Source of the DNA: an uncultured Alphaproteobacteria bacterium
Lineage (GTDB): Bacteria > Pseudomonadota > Alphaproteobacteria > CAAHEQ01 > UBA3637
Reading direction: 5' to 3'
Length of the DNA: 58,427 bases
NCBI GenBank assembly: GCA_944392585.1
Contig: CALXXA010000002.1
Span: 1 to 58,427 of the forward strand
Shown: positions 54,633 through 58,427 of the stretch, piece after piece
Layout of the letters: the number at the start of each line of letters is the position of its first letter
Position numbering within the stretch: the stretch's first letter is position 1
Translations under genes and position numbers: made by a program
Notes under the pieces: model-generated
Told to the model about the DNA's origin: nothing
What the model saw: only the letters and a program-made list of their open reading frames with translations
Database searches by the model: none

Positions 54633-56762
54633 CTATTTTACACAAATCGCGCGACCTCCTGAACTTCTAGATCCTAAAAAAGTCTCCGAATCACTTATTA
54701 TTTCTATTATTTTCCCGTTTTCTTCTATATATCCGCCTCCTTGTACTTGATATGCAACACCCTCCATTGAAGCAGTTGACGTCCATCCACTTATCTGAGC
54801 AGAAAATTCAGAACATTTTGAGTCTGCTATTTTTTTACATGCATCATCTTCAGTCAAACCCTCCCCTGTAGTTAAGCGCGTATAACATCCCAGATCCGTT
54901 ACAGATCCTCCCGCCCAATTCGGGCAAAGATCATCTCCGATGGATGCCCACTTTTTCCCGTTAGCAAGACACCAAGCTCCGGCACTCCACCAGTTCAACA
55001 TTATATCAGAGCGAATATACTTACCTTCTTCAACATAACCTCCTATCTGCTGACACGTACCATACAATGCTTTTGGGGTATCCGTTGTTAGCTTTTTTTT
55101 ACGATTTCTATCTTCATATTGTGCATTACAAAATGTATTTGGCGGGCAAGGAACCTGATAGCTTAACGCAAGTACGTTATTATGACTTGCTTTAGAACAA
55201 ACCGGAGCAGCAGAACTATTTACTTCCCCACCTTCACACCCTGTACTAAAGAACGGACCATTATCATATCCGTAGCTTGGACGACAATTAGTATTAAGTG
55301 CCGAGCAATCCTCTCCTGCACATTGCGGATCCATTGATGATACCCAACATATAGTTTCTTTTGTATTTAACTTACCAATAATACGACAGCTTGTTTCTGC
55401 AGTACATTTATCTTCTTCTTTTTCTCCGTTCCATGTATAGCCTGCCGCCTCACAACACATTTGAGTGTTCCGTATTCGGGTAAGAGTACAACAATATGGT
55501 GTTTCATTTTCCTTTTGAATCCATTCTCCATCTTCGGAAATACATGTTTCTTCATCTGTGGGAACAGGATCTTCTAAATCATTTTCTCCTTCATCTGTAC
55601 ACCGAGGATCCAAGGGATTGTCACAACATATAGTCACTTCTTCTCCAGTATCTGTATCTTGAACAACTTTAGTTATTGTACAACACTCCCCATCAACAAC
55701 ACCTGTCGCGGTAAAAGGACAACATGTTCCATTAATAACCTTTTTCCTGTCAGCAGGGCAACAAACAATGTCACTATCAACGATTACAGGCTCTGTATCT
55801 TTTTCACAGCACTTAAAATTTTCTTCATTAATAAACGCCCAATTTCTACCCGCCGCTTCACAACATGCTATTTTCTTCTCAATAGTACTTTCTTCCGAAA
55901 GAGTCTCATAATTTTTCGGACAACAATAAAAGTTGTTCACAGCTTGATTCAGGTTTTGATTCAGGTTACAGCACATACTGTCTTTGCTTGTAAAAACATA
56001 CTCAGAACTGTTGATACAACACATTCCATTAGCATCGTCTGTTTCTGTTTCAACCATTGTCTCCTTATTAACCCAATGATGATATTTCGCTTCACAACAC
56101 GTCTTTGAATCCGTTTTCCAAGTTTCATTATCATTTGTGCAACACTCTTCATTTTCAATAAACTCATTATGGCAACAAAAGCTCCCAAACATTTTGCCGT
56201 TAGGACAAGGATCAGGTTCTGGATCAGGGTCTGGAATATTTAAAGTCCCCCGAACACCTATGTCATACGCAAACACAAATGTATTGTTTTCTCCTTCTTC
56301 ACACTCGGAAACGGCTCCCATACATTCAGTGGCGTTCAAGTCTCCCTGACATAAGAAAACTTCTCTTTCTATCGGGAAATCTTCTAGGACCATTTTTTGT
56401 AACATTTTACATACTCTCACAGGAACCTTCTTAACAATCACATAAAATTTCTTATTAAACCCTTTCTCTTGTGAATAGGAAATATTACTCAGCTCCTTTT
56501 CAAATCCGATCAAATTATATTTTGCCCCAGGCTCATAATTCATCAAAGCCGGATTACTAAACGATTCCACTGCTCTTAAATCTACTTGCTTATATATCTG
56601 ATTCGCTTTATGCTTGGAAATCGCATATGTATATCCTGTAATAGCGGCTATGCTCAATATACCAATAATCGCTAAAACAGCTAATACCTCAAGCATACTT
56701 CGTCCAGTATCCGCTTTAGTCTTGTATGTTTTAACATAATTTTCTTTTAGATTCTTGAGCAT
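54633..56762 (-). CDS. giant Cys-Cys-repeat protein with type IV prepilin-like N-terminus (paralogue 2), lectin-motif C-terminus
   Basis: 709 aa. A 20-aa leader ends in Gly, then RSMLE (Glu at +5) and the hydrophobic helix VLAVLAIIGILSIAAITGYTYA. The same pilin-like domain as paralogue 1 follows (ANQIYKQVDLRAVESFSNPAL, FYVIVK, REVFLCQGD, NTFVFAYD), then the linker PDPDPEPDP and 14 CC dipeptides. The roughly 330-aa C-terminal region is unrelated to paralogue 1 and contains NWWSAGAWCLANGKKWASIGD. Confidence 0.7.
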   Translation of the reverse strand: MLKNLKENYVKTYKTKADTGRSMLEVLAVLAIIGILSIAAITGYTYAISKHKANQIYKQVDLRAVESFSNPALMNYEPGAKYNLIGFEKELSNISYSQEKGFNKKFYVIVKKVPVRVCKMLQKMVLEDFPIEREVFLCQGDLNATECMGAVSECEEGENNTFVFAYDIGVRGTLNIPDPDPEPDPCPNGKMFGSFCCHNEFIENEECCTNDNETWKTDSKTCCEAKYHHWVNKETMVETETDDANGMCCINSSEYVFTSKDSMCCNLNQNLNQAVNNFYCCPKNYETLSEESTIEKKIACCEAAGRNWAFINEENFKCCEKDTEPVIVDSDIVCCPADRKKVINGTCCPFTATGVVDGECCTITKVVQDTDTGEEVTICCDNPLDPRCTDEGENDLEDPVPTDEETCISEDGEWIQKENETPYCCTLTRIRNTQMCCEAAGYTWNGEKEEDKCTAETSCRIIGKLNTKETICWVSSMDPQCAGEDCSALNTNCRPSYGYDNGPFFSTGCEGGEVNSSAAPVCSKASHNNVLALSYQVPCPPNTFCNAQYEDRNRKKKLTTDTPKALYGTCQQIGGYVEEGKYIRSDIMLNWWSAGAWCLANGKKWASIGDDLCPNWAGGSVTDLGCYTRLTTGEGLTEDDACKKIADSKCSEFSAQISGWTSTASMEGVAYQVQGGGYIEENGKIIEIISDSETFLGSRSSGGRAICVK
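55618..56180 (-). repeat. segment shared with the first pilin-like gene (copy in paralogue 2)
   Basis: Aligns to 48125-48838 (see that feature). It encodes MCCINSSEYVFTSKD.MCCNLNQNLNQAVNN..CCP..YETLSEESTIEKK..CCEAAGRNWAFINEENFKCCEKDTEPVIVDSDIVCCPADRK.VINGTCCP.TATGVVDGECCTITKVVQDTDTGEE.TICCD. Confidence 0.85.
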
Positions 56763-56890
56763 TGTGGCCTCCTATGTTTTACACTTTTACAAGGATATAC
56801 ATATTTTAAAAATTAAATCAATACAAATTGTATATTTTCATAATAATTCTTAACTTTATTATCAAAAATTAATGAATACGCCTTAAATAT

Positions 56891-58201
56891 CTACCTGTCA
56901 AATTGCCTTTCCTTTAATCTCTTCCTCAAGGCAACCGAAAGTTTCTCTGGAGCATTTTTCCCTATTCGCTCTTTCCCAAACAAGGATCTCCGTAAAGAAT
57001 GATCTACATATTTCCCTCTTTCATCCGCACTCATTAAACGAATTTCTTTCGCTTTTTTAGAACGTATGCGAGATATTTCTTGCGCTCTCATAGTTTCTTC
57101 ATTTTTTTCAGTCAAAATTCGTTCCGTTTCAGTATATCTTAATACCTCTGCCCACTTTTGAGCCGAACGATTATATCTATCTTTGACCAGTATGTCCGAT
57201 TCATTATCCACCAACAACTGCACCATGTCAGAATCCCCTCTTTTAACAGCTTCAATTAATCCTGTGCTGTTATCATTATTAAAATCATTTATATTTGCTT
57301 TTTCTTCAATAAGTCTTTGGACCATATTTTTATTCCCTGTCCTACACGCTTTTATAAATAACGTTTCTCCCTTCTTGTCTTTTATATAAATATTTGAATT
57401 TCTTTCTAATAAGATACGAAATAAACTTTCATGTCCTCTCTCTACAGCATACATCAAAGACGTATATCCTTCTTTATCTGTCGCATTCACATCCGCCCCT
57501 TTATTAATCAATAAAAGAGCAATATCCTTATGCCCGTATTTAATTGCTTCCATCAAAGAAGTGGTTCCATCTTTATCCTTTTTATTAATATTCTCTTTTC
57601 TTTCCAACAACAATTCAACAATCTTAAAATAACCTTTTTGAGAAGCTCTCATCAAAGATCCTCTTTTATTGATATCTTCACACTTGACATCCGCTCCCTT
57701 CTCAAGAAGCATCTGGACAATTTTTAAATTACCGGTTTCTACCGATTTCATTAACACCGTACGATTATTTTGATCTTTAGCATTTACATCAGCTCCTTTT
57801 TCTAAAAGTATCTGAATGGTTTCTTCAAAGCCTCCTTTAATAGCTTCCATTAAAGCCGTAATTCCATACTTGCTTCTATTGTTAATATCAGCCCCTTTTC
57901 CAATTAATACTTGTAATATATTTGTACGACCTGCTCCCGCAGCTTTCATCAATATCGTATCTCCATATTTATCTCTCGTATTAATATCTGCCCTTTTTTC
58001 TATTAATTCATTGACTTTCTCCAAAGAAACTTTTCTCCAATCAAGTGAAAGTAATTCTTTTGTCGCCTCTTCACGACACTTATTATTCCTTGGCATCATC
58101 AAATAGGCTTTTTTAAGAATCTCATCCGAAGCACCCGCATATTGAAGTTTTTCCAAATCTTTTTCCGTATACACATGTTCTAAGTCAAATTTTTGTAACA
58201 T
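56891..58201 (-). CDS. ankyrin repeat protein
   Basis: 436 aa. About nine tandem ANK units (GDTILMKAAGAGRTNILQVLIGKGADINNRS, GITALMEAIKGGFEETIQILLEKGADVNAKD, and so on), followed by a basic helical tail. Confidence 0.9.
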   Translation of the reverse strand: MLQKFDLEHVYTEKDLEKLQYAGASDEILKKAYLMMPRNNKCREEATKELLSLDWRKVSLEKVNELIEKRADINTRDKYGDTILMKAAGAGRTNILQVLIGKGADINNRSKYGITALMEAIKGGFEETIQILLEKGADVNAKDQNNRTVLMKSVETGNLKIVQMLLEKGADVKCEDINKRGSLMRASQKGYFKIVELLLERKENINKKDKDGTTSLMEAIKYGHKDIALLLINKGADVNATDKEGYTSLMYAVERGHESLFRILLERNSNIYIKDKKGETLFIKACRTGNKNMVQRLIEEKANINDFNNDNSTGLIEAVKRGDSDMVQLLVDNESDILVKDRYNRSAQKWAEVLRYTETERILTEKNEETMRAQEISRIRSKKAKEIRLMSADERGKYVDHSLRRSLFGKERIGKNAPEKLSVALRKRLKERQFDR

Positions 58202-58241
58202 ATCAAAACTCCTTTATTTACATTTTTGAGTTAATATATGT

Positions 58242-58269
58242 ATAATACAGATTTGTATATTTTTGTCAA
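58242..58269 (-). promoter_or_regulatory. candidate promoter of the ankyrin / pilin-like paralogue 2 unit
   Basis: On the minus strand, TTGACA (58264-58269), a 16-nt spacer, then TATTAT (58242-58247), about 40 nt upstream of the ATG at 58201. A homologous TTGACA (49925-49930) lies upstream of paralogue 1. Confidence 0.4.
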
Positions 58270-58310
58270 TTTTTTTATAGAATAATTTAACAATTCAATG
58301 ACTTTTTTAA

Positions 58311-58352
58311 TAAAAAGAAAGAGAAGGTTTTAAAGACCTTCTCTTTTTTTTC
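58311..58352. terminator. rho-independent terminator downstream of tuf (copy 2)
   Basis: Identical sequence to the terminator at 49981-50022. Confidence 0.8.
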
Positions 58353-58377
58353 TAAGTTATCTTGAAATAATTTTAGG

Positions 58378-58427
58378 TTACTTCAATATCTTGGAGACAA
58401 CTCCAGCACCAACCGTGTGACCCCCTT
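58378..58427 (-). CDS. tuf: elongation factor Tu, second copy (3' end only; gene continues beyond the window)
   Basis: The last 16 codons plus the stop are identical to 50048-50097 (...[14 protein letters not shown]). Confidence 0.85.
   Translation of the reverse strand, partial: GGHTVGAGVVSKILK

Larger units (their letters stand above)
58311..58427 (-). repeat. direct repeat copy 2: tuf 3' end plus terminator
   Basis: Identical to 49981-50097 and truncated by the window edge. Confidence 0.95.

Overview
AT-rich bacterial chromosome segment with alphaproteobacterial signatures (GcrA, ZapA with a small coiled-coil partner, one-Cys DksA, ParE, rpsL-rpsG-fusA-tuf). It also shows marks of a host-associated lifestyle: two ankyrin-repeat proteins and three tandem VirB6/TrbL-like paralogues. 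Housekeeping blocks are dksA/RNase-E/G-like/yacG, parE, a long leftward array (DUF2207-like, SPFH, NfeD, DUF4139-like, gcrA, polA, U32), nth, a PAS-GGDEF-EAL protein, udg, zapA, groESL, glgA-ddh and the str operon. The accessory part lies at about 31.0-49.9 kb and 54.6-58.2 kb. It holds three orphan genes, then the VirB6-like array, then an operon of a double-HTH XRE regulator, two orphans, a lipoprotein with a secretin-like C-terminus and a bitopic membrane protein. Convergent to that operon are two paralogous giant proteins (955 and 709 aa). Each combines a type IV prepilin-like N-terminus with a long Cys-Cys dipeptide repeat region and an unrelated C-terminal domain. The pilin-like genes sit immediately downstream of two direct copies of the tuf 3' end plus terminator, which are identical over at least 117 bp and 8330 bp apart. 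My main candidate for an undescribed system is the secretin-like operon together with the giant Cys-rich pilin-like proteins and a lectin-motif protein; no assembly ATPase, platform protein or prepilin peptidase lies in the window. I found no rRNA, tRNA, CRISPR array or transposase. All family calls come from motif recognition by eye, not from searches.
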